A stretch of DNA of 64,000 nt from Hyphomicrobiales bacterium. Lineage in GTDB: Bacteria > Pseudomonadota > Alphaproteobacteria > Rhizobiales > Beijerinckiaceae. The first letter of the stretch is position 1; each line of letters opens with the position of its first letter. Of the stretch, positions 55,817 through 64,000 are shown one piece after another. A program made the translations under genes and the position numbers. The notes beneath the pieces were generated by a model that worked only from the letters and a program-made list of their open reading frames with translations, searched no databases and was not told the DNA's origin. The stretch covers positions 15,115 through 79,114 of the forward strand of contig JBJTCD010000017.1 of the NCBI GenBank assembly GCA_046091665.1, given 5' to 3'.

Positions 55817-56860
55817 ATGACAAATAATTTTCCGAAATTGCATAACGCCATGTGGCCAGGTCTTGTAGGCAAAGGTGGCGATTCCGAGCCCCCGATTGAT
55901 CTCGACACGATGCTCGACATGACAGCCAAAGCCGAAGTGAATGGCGTTAAATTTGACGGCGTTGATCTCTTCTTGGCCGATCCGCATACGAGCATTGATT
56001 CATCTGAAGATGACATCAAACGCTTGGCCGATAAAATCGCCGGAAAAGGTTTGGCGGTTGGCTCACTCGTGGCACCCGTCTGGCCGCCTGTTGGTGGTGG
56101 CTCCGCGATGGGTTCTGCTTCCGATCGCAAACAATTTGTCGAAATGATCCGCAAATCCTGCGTCATTGGTCAGCAGCTCAAAAAACATGGCGTTCGCAAA
56201 TATGGTCTCGTGCGCATTGATTCTGCGACTGGAGTTGAGGACTGGGCGAAAGATCCTGTCGGCAACACGAAACTCATCGCACAGACATTCCGAGAAGCGG
56301 CCGATGTTGCTGAGTCTTATGGTGAGCGCCTCGCCGCAGAAGGTGAAATTTGCTGGGGCGGCATGCATAGCTGGAAAGCGATGGTGAATACGTTAGAGGA
56401 AACCAATCGCCCAAAGACCGTTGGCTTCCAAGCGGATATGGCGCATACGCTTCTCTACACGATGGGTTACAACGCGCCGGAAGCATGTATTCTCCCCGAA
56501 AATTATGATTGGAAAGACAAGAGCCAGCTCGATGCGGCGTTGAAAAAGTTAACCGCAGCCCTTCGCCCATGGACCTTTGATTTTCACGTCGCACAAAATG
56601 ATGGTTCGGTCTTCGGATCAGGTTCACATGACAAAACCGGACGTCATTGTCAGGTGGGCGATCCAAATGGAAAATTGGATGTCACACATCATGCAGGCTT
56701 CTGGTTACGCGATGAACAGGGCGCATTGACCAAAGCGTTTAATCATATCTGCTGGGATGGGTGCATGTTCCCCAATGCGGTGATGATGAAGCAGCAAACA
56801 TGGAATGATATTCTCGGCGCCATGATCAAAGTGCGCGACGCGCATGGTTGGCAAGCCTAA
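55817..56860 (+). CDS. Xylose-isomerase-like TIM-barrel protein (second, divergent copy)
   Basis: The 347-aa protein shows no close similarity by eye to the first TIM-barrel gene but has the same fold-family features ([18 protein letters not shown]). Confidence 0.78.
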   Translation: MTNNFPKLHNAMWPGLVGKGGDSEPPIDLDTMLDMTAKAEVNGVKFDGVDLFLADPHTSIDSSEDDIKRLADKIAGKGLAVGSLVAPVWPPVGGGSAMGSASDRKQFVEMIRKSCVIGQQLKKHGVRKYGLVRIDSATGVEDWAKDPVGNTKLIAQTFREAADVAESYGERLAAEGEICWGGMHSWKAMVNTLEETNRPKTVGFQADMAHTLLYTMGYNAPEACILPENYDWKDKSQLDAALKKLTAALRPWTFDFHVAQNDGSVFGSGSHDKTGRHCQVGDPNGKLDVTHHAGFWLRDEQGALTKAFNHICWDGCMFPNAVMMKQQTWNDILGAMIKVRDAHGWQA

Positions 56861-56877
56861 ATCGGAAAGTACAGACA

Positions 56878-58023
56878 ATGAGCAAGAAACCTCTTAATGT
56901 CGCGGTCGTTGGGTATGGCTTTATGGGCCGCACGCATTCCAACGCGTTCAAACAAGTGAGCCAATTCTTCACTCTCGAACACAAGCCCGTTTTGAAAGCG
57001 GTGTGTGGTCGCAATGAAACGAATGCGAAATCATTCGCCGATCAATGGGGATACGAGTCTTACGAGACCGATTGGCGTAAACTGATTGAACGCAAGGATA
57101 TCGATCTCATCGATATCGCCACGCCAAACGACACCCATGCTGAAATCGCCATTGCGGCAGCGAAAGCGGGCAAAATGGTGATGTGCGAAAAGCCGCTCGG
57201 TCGCAATCCTGCGGAAGCTGAAGCGATGGTGGCTGCGGTTGAATCCGCCAAAGTCGCCAATATGGTTTGGTATAATTATCGTCGTGTTCCCGCGGTAACA
57301 CTCGCCAAACAATTGATCGACGAAGGCAAGCTCGGAAAAATTTTCCATTACCGGGCGAAGTTTTTGCAAGATTGGACGATCTCGAAAGATCTGCCGCAAG
57401 GGGGGGCGGGATTGTGGCGACTTGATGCGGCGGTGGCAGGCAGCGGCGTGACAGGTGATCTCCTTGCCCACTGTATCGACACCGCGATGTGGCTCAATGG
57501 CTCGATCTCCTCCGTCACAGCGATGACGGAAACCTTCATCAAGGAACGTCAACACAATCTCACAGGTAAAGTCGAGACCGTGTCGATTGATGATGCAAGT
57601 GCCTTCTTGGCGCGTTTTGATAATGGCTCGCTCGCTACCTTTGAAGCGACACGTTACGCCCGTGGTCACAAAGCGCTCTATACGCTCGAGATCAATGGCG
57701 AGCACGCATCGATCTTCTGGGATCTGCATGATCTTCATCGCTTGCAGTATTTTGATCATCGCGACGAAGGCCGCACGCGCGGCTGGCGTTCGGTTCACAT
57801 CACCGATGGCGATCATCCTTATATGAAGCATTGGTGGGTGCCGGGCTTGCAGATTGGCTATGAGCACACTTTCATCCACCAAGCCGCCGACTTCATCGAA
57901 GGGCTCGAGACGGGTAAGCCCGCTTCGCCGAACTTCCGCTCCGGCTTGGCGACTGATTATGTCACAGATGCTGTTCTGGCTTCCGCCAAGAGCCGCGCTT
58001 GGCATGATGTTAAAAAGGCTTGA
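56878..58023 (+). CDS. Gfo/Idh/MocA family NAD(P)-dependent oxidoreductase (second copy)
   Basis: The start was trimmed to [24 protein letters not shown]. It has the motif CEKPL. Confidence 0.87.
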   Translation: MSKKPLNVAVVGYGFMGRTHSNAFKQVSQFFTLEHKPVLKAVCGRNETNAKSFADQWGYESYETDWRKLIERKDIDLIDIATPNDTHAEIAIAAAKAGKMVMCEKPLGRNPAEAEAMVAAVESAKVANMVWYNYRRVPAVTLAKQLIDEGKLGKIFHYRAKFLQDWTISKDLPQGGAGLWRLDAAVAGSGVTGDLLAHCIDTAMWLNGSISSVTAMTETFIKERQHNLTGKVETVSIDDASAFLARFDNGSLATFEATRYARGHKALYTLEINGEHASIFWDLHDLHRLQYFDHRDEGRTRGWRSVHITDGDHPYMKHWWVPGLQIGYEHTFIHQAADFIEGLETGKPASPNFRSGLATDYVTDAVLASAKSRAWHDVKKA

Positions 58024-58034
58024 CGCACAAAATC

Positions 58035-58081
58035 GCGGGGAGCATCCGTTTTCCATTTAGATATTGGATGCTTCCCGCTTT
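58035..58081 (+). terminator. Weak candidate terminator after the four-gene cluster
   Basis: The stem gcggggagcatcc / ggatgcttcccgc has one G-U pair and an 18-nt loop. Only ttt follows it. Confidence 0.3.
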
Positions 58082-58121
58082 GCCCGAATTGAGGTAAGAC
58101 GCGCCTCACTCAACAGGGCAC

Positions 58122-59567
58122 TTGTTCGGCGTGACGCGTTTTTTTAACTCTCTGACCCCCGGTCAATCGATAGGCCTTCTGGCAAGTGTCCAGATTATTG
58201 TTCTCGTTGCCCTGCCCTATGCATTCTCATCAGCGCCGCCGATTGATGTTGTGGAAGGGTTGGTTTGGGCACCCCATTGGCTGATTGGAACTTATAAACA
58301 TCCGCCTTTGCCGTCCTGGATCATTGAACTCTCTGTTTTGATCACGCGTGATGTGATCCTTGGCCCCTTCCTCGCTTCACAGATTAGCGTCGCCATCACT
58401 TATGGTCTGGTTTTTCTTCTTGGCCGTTTATTGATGGATCCCGTGCGTGCCGCAGCCGGTACAGCTCTGATTGCAGCGAGCTATTATTTCACGGTGCCAA
58501 CGATTGAATTCAATCACAATGTTATTCAATTACCTCTATGGGCGGGAACGATTTTCATCTATGCGCTTTTGCGTCAGACTCCGACTTCGTGGTCAAAATG
58601 GATTCTTATTGGGTTCATAAGTGGTTTAGGCTTTTATGCGAAATATTCTTATGCGCTTTTGATTGGCGTTCTTCTGATTTGCAATCTCGTTGAGCCCTCG
58701 ATGAGACGCGTGTGGCTTTCACGTGGCCCCTATCTCGCAATCGGCACCGCTCTTATTGTAATCGCGCCTCACGCGATATGGTTATTAAGGCATAACTTCG
58801 AACCGTTCTTTTATCTTGCGGATCGCGCCGGATCACCAACAGCCTCGGAGCCTTTATGGTTTTTAGGTGCTCAATTCGCCGATCACCTTCCTATGATTGT
58901 TCCGTTAATATTTGTGGGCTTATTGACACTAAAGCAGTCAGAAAAAATCTCTACTGACAAAGCCGATAAAATTTTCCTGCGTATCGTTACTTTGCTGCCC
59001 GTCACATTCACTGTAATCTTCGCACTCATCAGCAACAACCGCGTAAAAGATATGTGGGGCATGCCGATGTTCACGTCACTCGGTCTTTTGATCGTGATGG
59101 AAACGGGGCGTGAATGGTCGATCACGATGGCAAGGCGCGCCATTTTGGGATCGAGCTGCCTGATCCTTCTTGTTGGTGTTGGTTTTGTATTGCATTCCTA
59201 TTTTATTTTCGGTGGTAACACACCACGAACAAATTGGCCGATGAGCGCCTTATCGAATGAAGCGCACGCTCTTTGGAATGGTTCAGCAAATTCACCTCTG
59301 TCAATCATTGGCGGTACGCCTTGGATCGCGGGATTGGCGGCAGTGGAAACACCCCTTCGTCATAATGTGATCATCGGCGAAACGCTTGATCACTCACCCT
59401 GGATTTCAGCTGACGATGTCAAAACCAAAGGCGCTTTGTTTTTATTCTCGGGCGCGCGAGACATTGCACCGTCTCTGTGTAAAGGTCGGGTTGTCAAAGA
59501 TATATTGAAAACACAAATACCTGATGATCAACCCATCACCGCCTTTATCTGCTTGCCCTCGTCATGA
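58122..59567 (+). CDS. ArnT/PMT-like membrane glycosyltransferase (GT39/GT83 type)
   Basis: The 481-aa polytopic protein has an N-terminal region typical of the family and a soluble C-terminal domain. It starts at a TTG, which is uncertain. Confidence 0.72.
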   Translation: MFGVTRFFNSLTPGQSIGLLASVQIIVLVALPYAFSSAPPIDVVEGLVWAPHWLIGTYKHPPLPSWIIELSVLITRDVILGPFLASQISVAITYGLVFLLGRLLMDPVRAAAGTALIAASYYFTVPTIEFNHNVIQLPLWAGTIFIYALLRQTPTSWSKWILIGFISGLGFYAKYSYALLIGVLLICNLVEPSMRRVWLSRGPYLAIGTALIVIAPHAIWLLRHNFEPFFYLADRAGSPTASEPLWFLGAQFADHLPMIVPLIFVGLLTLKQSEKISTDKADKIFLRIVTLLPVTFTVIFALISNNRVKDMWGMPMFTSLGLLIVMETGREWSITMARRAILGSSCLILLVGVGFVLHSYFIFGGNTPRTNWPMSALSNEAHALWNGSANSPLSIIGGTPWIAGLAAVETPLRHNVIIGETLDHSPWISADDVKTKGALFLFSGARDIAPSLCKGRVVKDILKTQIPDDQPITAFICLPSS

Positions 59568-60992
59568 TTTGAGATGCGTGACGCGCGGGAGAATGGGCTT
59601 TCCGGTTTCCAAGTTTAAAATCATTTCAAGTTGATGAGCAGCGGCAAGTAATTTTGCTTCTCCATTCGCCGGCCCGATCATCTGCAATCCAACTGGAAGC
59701 CCATCCTTTGTAAAGCCACACGGCAAGGAGAGCGCCGGACATCCGGCGAGCGTTGCGACTGCGACGATCAAGAGCCAATCAACATAGGTATCGAATGACT
59801 TGCCTTCGCAAGACATGACCGCGCGCTCTTCAACCGGAAAGGGTGGAACAATCGTCGCCGGACAGAGAAGTACGTCATAGCGCTCAAAGAAATGTGCAAC
59901 GCGTTGCATCAAAGCGGTACGTGCCAATTCAGCACGGACGACATCAGCCATGTTCAATGCGAGGCCTTTCTCGGTATTCCAGATCACTTCAGGCTTTAAG
60001 GCATCTCGATGATCGCGCATCAAATCGCGCATGCCGATGGCATAACTCTGCGCACGCAAGGTTTGAAAAATCGAATAGGCATCGGATACATCAGGATGCG
60101 CGTCTTCAACAGATGCACCCGCCTTTTGAAACTGCTCAGCCGCTTCACGCGTGATTCGTCTCACCTCACGATCAACCGGCGTGATACCAAGGTCTTCTGA
60201 ATAGGCCACGCGCAGTGATTTATTCTTGCTCTCAATCGATTTCAAAAAAGATGCAGCAGGACGCGGCTTCGAAAGCGGATCACGCGGATCATCACCACTC
60301 ATCGCATCAAGAATAAAGGCAAGATCTTCAACCGTTCTGGCCATCGGCCCTTCAACGGAAAGGCTTGAATCAAAACGCCCGCCGCGCGTAACCGCCACAC
60401 GCCCGGGGGTGGGCCTTAACCCAACGACATTATTGAAGCTCGCAGGATTACGAAGACTGCCCCCAAGATCGGACCCTTGCGCAAGCCACGCCATGCCTGT
60501 AGCCAGTGCCACTGCCGAGCCGCCTGATGAACCCGCGGCCGAGAGCGAAGTGTTGTAAGGATTGCGTGTCGCTCCAAAGACGGGATTAAATGTGTTTGCA
60601 CCAGCTCCGAATTCAGGCGTGTTCGATTTGGCGTAAACAATGCCCCCTTCCGCCTCGATATGTTCAACCATTAAATCGGACGCGTCCGGAATAAAGTGCG
60701 CAAAAATCGGCGAGCCTTGCGTAGAGCGCACGCCGGCAACATTGGTCAGATCTTTGATCGCAACCGGAATTCCGCCTAAGAGTCCACGCTCTGCAAAGGG
60801 TTTGCTCATTAAGTGCTTTGCATGATCGCGTGCGCGATCAAAACAGAGTGTCGGCAGCGCATTCACATGCGGATCGACCCGCGCGATACGCGCTTCAAGC
60901 GCGTCAAGACAATCAATCGGTGTGATCTCGCCTGTCTTTAAAAGACCATGAAGCTTTAGCGCTGTGTGATCAATCAATTCCGATTTGGCCAT
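59562..60992 (-). CDS. Amidase signature (AS) family amidase
   Basis: It has the motifs GGSSGGSAVALATGM and GSDLGGSLRNPA. The protein is 476 aa. Confidence 0.9.
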   Translation of the reverse strand: MAKSELIDHTALKLHGLLKTGEITPIDCLDALEARIARVDPHVNALPTLCFDRARDHAKHLMSKPFAERGLLGGIPVAIKDLTNVAGVRSTQGSPIFAHFIPDASDLMVEHIEAEGGIVYAKSNTPEFGAGANTFNPVFGATRNPYNTSLSAAGSSGGSAVALATGMAWLAQGSDLGGSLRNPASFNNVVGLRPTPGRVAVTRGGRFDSSLSVEGPMARTVEDLAFILDAMSGDDPRDPLSKPRPAASFLKSIESKNKSLRVAYSEDLGITPVDREVRRITREAAEQFQKAGASVEDAHPDVSDAYSIFQTLRAQSYAIGMRDLMRDHRDALKPEVIWNTEKGLALNMADVVRAELARTALMQRVAHFFERYDVLLCPATIVPPFPVEERAVMSCEGKSFDTYVDWLLIVAVATLAGCPALSLPCGFTKDGLPVGLQMIGPANGEAKLLAAAHQLEMILNLETGKPILPRVTHLKS

Positions 60993-61151
60993 AAAAGATC
61001 GTGCCTTCCTTAATGCTCAGACTCCAAACTTCTCACGTCTTCCCTAGGCCTTGCAAGCCATGCAGGGCAGACGTGGCAATTGAACGCTTGGCGAAAGCAC
61101 AGCGGATCGACTAAAGAACAGTCTCCGCAAGAACTTCAGAAGTGATCCGAC

Positions 61152-61706
61152 GTGACTAAGATTCTGCTGATCCGGCATGGCCAATCGACTTTCAACGCCC
61201 ATTATGAAGCCACAGGTGAAGATCCTGGCCATTTTGATGCGCGTTTGACCGAGCTTGGCCACCGTCAGGCCCAAGAGGCCGGAAAGCGGCTCGAAAATGA
61301 ATCGGTCGATCTCGTGATCACTTCGCCGTTGAGTCGCGCCATTCAAACGGGCCTCAATATTTTTGGCCATCGGACGATTCCCTTTCATGTGACCTGCCGC
61401 CATCGGGAACGCCTTGAAAGCTCGGGCGATGTCGGCCGTCCGCCGCACGAATTAAAGCAAGATTTCCCGCATCTCGATTTTGAACATCTTGATGACCCCT
61501 GGTGGCATCATGAACCCGAAACGCGCGGCCGCTTCGCGGTGGAGCCTTATGAAACATTTCAAAAGCGCGTGACTCATTTTAACGAATGGGTGAAATCCCA
61601 TGCGGGGCAAAGCATCGCGGTGATTGGACACGCGACCTTCTTCCACGCATTGACAGGTCAATGGTTGCAGAATTGCGAAGTTCTGCCTTGGACACCGAAG
61701 GCGTAA
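61152..61706 (+). CDS. Histidine phosphatase family protein (phosphoglycerate mutase-like)
   Basis: It has the RHG motif (LLIRHGQSTFN) and a downstream His (VIGHATF). It starts at a GTG. Confidence 0.85.
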   Translation: MTKILLIRHGQSTFNAHYEATGEDPGHFDARLTELGHRQAQEAGKRLENESVDLVITSPLSRAIQTGLNIFGHRTIPFHVTCRHRERLESSGDVGRPPHELKQDFPHLDFEHLDDPWWHHEPETRGRFAVEPYETFQKRVTHFNEWVKSHAGQSIAVIGHATFFHALTGQWLQNCEVLPWTPKA

Positions 61707-61763
61707 ACGACGTCTACTTAATTTTGACGATGTCGCATATTCATGAGTTGAATTGGGAATAAT

Positions 61764-63197
61764 ATGTCGCACGCGCCCCTACATTCAAAAACCATTTGGA
61801 CGATTCTCACTGGCACGATGATCGCCATGTTTTTGGGTGCGCTTGATCAGACGATCATCGCCGCCGCACTTCCGACCATCGGGCGCGAATTAGGTGATTT
61901 TGATTCCATCTCATGGGTCGCGAGCCTCTATCTTCTTGCGACAACGGCTGTGACACCGCTCTATGGCAAGATCAGCGATATTCACGGTCGACGTATAACC
62001 ATGCTGGCGGCGATTGCCATTTTCACCATTGGTTCAATTGCCTGTGCTTTGGCACCCACAATGTTAGCGCTGATCATTGCACGCGGCATTCAAGGTTTAG
62101 GCGGCGGTGGTTTGATCTCGCTCTCACAAACCATCATTGCCGATATTGTCGCGCCCAAAGAACGGGGCAAATATCAAATCTTTTTTGCAAGCGTCTATCT
62201 GCTCGCAAGCCTTATGGGACCAATGTTGGGCGGTTTTCTCACCGAACATCTTCATTGGTCTTTCATTTTCTGGATCAATCTTCCTATTGGATTAATCGCA
62301 TGGGTGATGACCACTAATACGCTGAGGCTTTTACCAATCCATCATCGCCCACACCGGCTTGATATTCCGGGCTCGATTTTGATTGTCCTTGCAACGATTA
62401 CACTGATGCTCGCTTTGGATGAGGGCGGCGTCAGACTGCCCTGGTCATCGCCTTTGATCATCGGCACGCTGGCTGCTTCTTTCGTACTTTGGATTTTGTT
62501 CATCATGCGCATTCGTGCCGCAGAAGAACCCCTCATTCCGATTGAGATTCTCGCCAATCCGGTTGTTTCAACTGCCACCATTGCTGCTCTTTTCAGTATG
62601 GGTACTTATGTCGCAACAACTATTTTTATGCCGGTTTATTTTGAATCCGCGCGCGGCATGAGTGCTTCGGATTCTGGGCTTGCTCTCATGCCCTTTATGG
62701 TCGGCACTGTTGTAGGCGCAACCTTGGCCGGACAAACTATGGGACGCATCACGCATTATAAGCGCCTGCCTCTTGCTGGCACTTTGATCGCAGCCCTCGC
62801 CGCGCTCATCATCGCTTTTTATCAAAATCATATATCGATTGTGGCGCTTGAAGCGCTCTTTACCGTGATTGCTATCGGCCTTGGCACGGTATTGCCGACA
62901 ACGACGGTCGCTATTCAAAACGCCGTCAAGCCGCATCAGTTGGGCACCGCGACCGGAGCCATGAATTTCTTCCGTCAATTAGGTAGCGCGTTGCTCGTAG
63001 CTGTGTTTGGAGCAATTCTTTTGAACGCAGGATCGAGCGCGCCGGCGACAACGGCTGAAGCGGGAGATCGCTTCTTTGTGATGTTTCTTGCAACCGCCAT
63101 CGGCTTTGCCATTTCATTTGTGGCGCTTCTGTTTATGGAAGAAAAACCGTTACGCTCTTCCGCTAAAGAAGCTGCCGAAGCCGTGATTGTTGATTAA
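61764..63197 (+). CDS. MFS transporter, DHA2 (EmrB/QacA-like, 14-TMS) family
   Basis: It has the motifs GKISDIHGRR (motif A-like) and RGIQGLGGGG. The 477-aa length fits a 14-TMS member. Confidence 0.9.
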   Translation: MSHAPLHSKTIWTILTGTMIAMFLGALDQTIIAAALPTIGRELGDFDSISWVASLYLLATTAVTPLYGKISDIHGRRITMLAAIAIFTIGSIACALAPTMLALIIARGIQGLGGGGLISLSQTIIADIVAPKERGKYQIFFASVYLLASLMGPMLGGFLTEHLHWSFIFWINLPIGLIAWVMTTNTLRLLPIHHRPHRLDIPGSILIVLATITLMLALDEGGVRLPWSSPLIIGTLAASFVLWILFIMRIRAAEEPLIPIEILANPVVSTATIAALFSMGTYVATTIFMPVYFESARGMSASDSGLALMPFMVGTVVGATLAGQTMGRITHYKRLPLAGTLIAALAALIIAFYQNHISIVALEALFTVIAIGLGTVLPTTTVAIQNAVKPHQLGTATGAMNFFRQLGSALLVAVFGAILLNAGSSAPATTAEAGDRFFVMFLATAIGFAISFVALLFMEEKPLRSSAKEAAEAVIVD

Positions 63198-64000
63198 GGG
63201 ACGATCCGTCTATTAAAACCGAGAGACCGATCTCTGCAAACCGTTCGGCAAGTGGTGCGATCTCTTGTGCATTTTTACCCGCAGCATTACCAAGCCGCGC
63301 ACGATCAGCAATGCCCACAAAAATCACAGCAAAACGAAACAGCGCGAAAGCGATGTGAAAAGGTTTAAGCGTGAGGCCGTGCTTCGATAAACGCATATAG
63401 GATTGAATGAAGTCTTCTTCACTCGGAATGCCAAGGCGCCGTAAATCAAGGCTGGCAATACCGCCATAATCCTTTGGTGTTGTGTACCAGGCCATTGCCG
63501 CGAAACCAAGATCCGCAAGCGGATGTCCAAGCGTTGATAATTCCCAATCAAGAATGCCAATGACGCGCGGCTCTGTTGGATGCACCATTAGATTGCCCAT
63601 GCGATAATCACCATGAACAATGGAAACGCATCCATCCTCTTCGGGAAGCGCGCGGGTGAGTTCTTCAATCAGCTGATCAAGCGCGGGAATTGGTTTCGCG
63701 ATCGATTCACGCCATTGGTTGGACCAACGTGCAAGCTGACGATCGAAATAATTTCCGGATCGGCCGAAATCGGAAAGTCCCACCGCTTCGGGATCAATCG
63801 CATGAAGCGCTGCGAGCGTTTCTGCCATCGAAATATAAAGCGTGCGGCGATCCTCGCGCGAAAGATCAGGCAAAGCCGCATCATGAAAGACACGACCCTT
63901 TAGACGCTCCATAAGATAAAAAGATGTGCCTAGAATTGTCGTATCGGCGCAGAAGAGAATCGGTTTTGGAACGGGGATATTTGTTTTGGAAAGCGCTTCT
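63163..64000 (-). CDS. Phosphotransferase (APH/choline-kinase fold) family protein, 5' end beyond the window
   Basis: It has the Brenner/catalytic motif (IVHGDYRMGNLMV) and ILDWELSTLGHP. The frame stays open upstream of Met 63912 to the window edge (...PVPKPILFCADTTILGTSFYLMERLKG). Confidence 0.8.
   Translation of the reverse strand, partial: EALSKTNIPVPKPILFCADTTILGTSFYLMERLKGRVFHDAALPDLSREDRRTLYISMAETLAALHAIDPEAVGLSDFGRSGNYFDRQLARWSNQWRESIAKPIPALDQLIEELTRALPEEDGCVSIVHGDYRMGNLMVHPTEPRVIGILDWELSTLGHPLADLGFAAMAWYTTPKDYGGIASLDLRRLGIPSEEDFIQSYMRLSKHGLTLKPFHIAFALFRFAVIFVGIADRARLGNAAGKNAQEIAPLAERFAEIGLSVLIDGSSLNQQSRLRQLL

Noticed and set aside
57031-58056. A 341-aa minus-strand ORF antisense to the second Gfo/Idh/MocA gene.
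   Set aside because: It is fully contained in the antisense frame of a gene with clear Rossmann and family motifs. Its own translation is Arg-rich with no motifs. The same reasoning applies to the other long antisense ORFs (for example 1508-2191, 7191-7778, 38918-39409, 43170-43685, 44259-44828, 53751-54281).
63163-63197. A 35-nt convergent overlap of the MFS transporter and kinase-like genes, considered as an antisense-regulation feature.
   Set aside because: Short convergent 3' overlaps are common in compact genomes. Nothing in the sequence, such as a hairpin or a conserved motif, suggests a special function.
1-64000. I looked for tRNA, rRNA, tmRNA, CRISPR arrays, and integrase, transposase or IS elements.
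   Set aside because: None was seen. No ORF has recombinase or transposase hallmarks. There are no arrays of spaced direct repeats and no cloverleaf-like tRNA sequences in the intergenic gaps I read. The accessory patch therefore cannot be called a mobile element on this evidence.

Overview
This is a chromosomal segment from a moderate-GC alphaproteobacterium. The gene content looks Hyphomicrobiales/Rhizobiales-like: homospermidine synthase, an ornithine decarboxylase with a long leader, a Zur-type palindrome, and VSKD/PQDE-type palindromic intergenic repeats. About 60 CDS are supportable. I found no rRNA, tRNA, CRISPR array, transposase or integrase.

Most of the window is housekeeping or catabolic:
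- gltBD, mltB-like, galU, kdsD-like and hemH
- a Zur-box-controlled tro/znu-type zinc ABC operon, extended by a COG0523 GTPase and a WD40 protein
- vapBC
- the hss-GNAT-odc polyamine module
- puuE, chrA and a DMT transporter
- a sugar-acid cluster (dehydrogenases, XylD-like dehydratase, Eda)
- a TetR-MFP-RND efflux operon
- an S2P/CBS protease, aminotransferases and benE
- a Spy-like protein and phaC, and a BON-domain protein
- deoC, a long ALDH and rbsD/fucU
- an alternating TIM-barrel / Gfo-Idh-MocA four-gene cluster
- an ArnT-like glycosyltransferase, an amidase, an MFS transporter and a kinase-like protein

The clearest accessory patch is 19.9-23.4 kb. It holds a solitary 802-aa protein that combines an N-terminal PD-ExK-like motif with a gamma-class N6-adenine methyltransferase, which makes it an MmeI-like single-chain Type IIG/IIL candidate. 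That ORF contains a sharply AT-rich internal patch. Next to it is a higBA cassette bracketed by a duplicated 3' end of puuE.

Other points worth checking:
- a His-rich micro-ORF at the head of the zinc operon
- COG0523-WD40 translational coupling
- a truncated CopG-like antitoxin fragment inside a catabolic operon
- compound palindromic REP-like elements
- several perfect palindromic operators

All functional calls come from reading the supplied translations and the DNA by eye. No database search was run.
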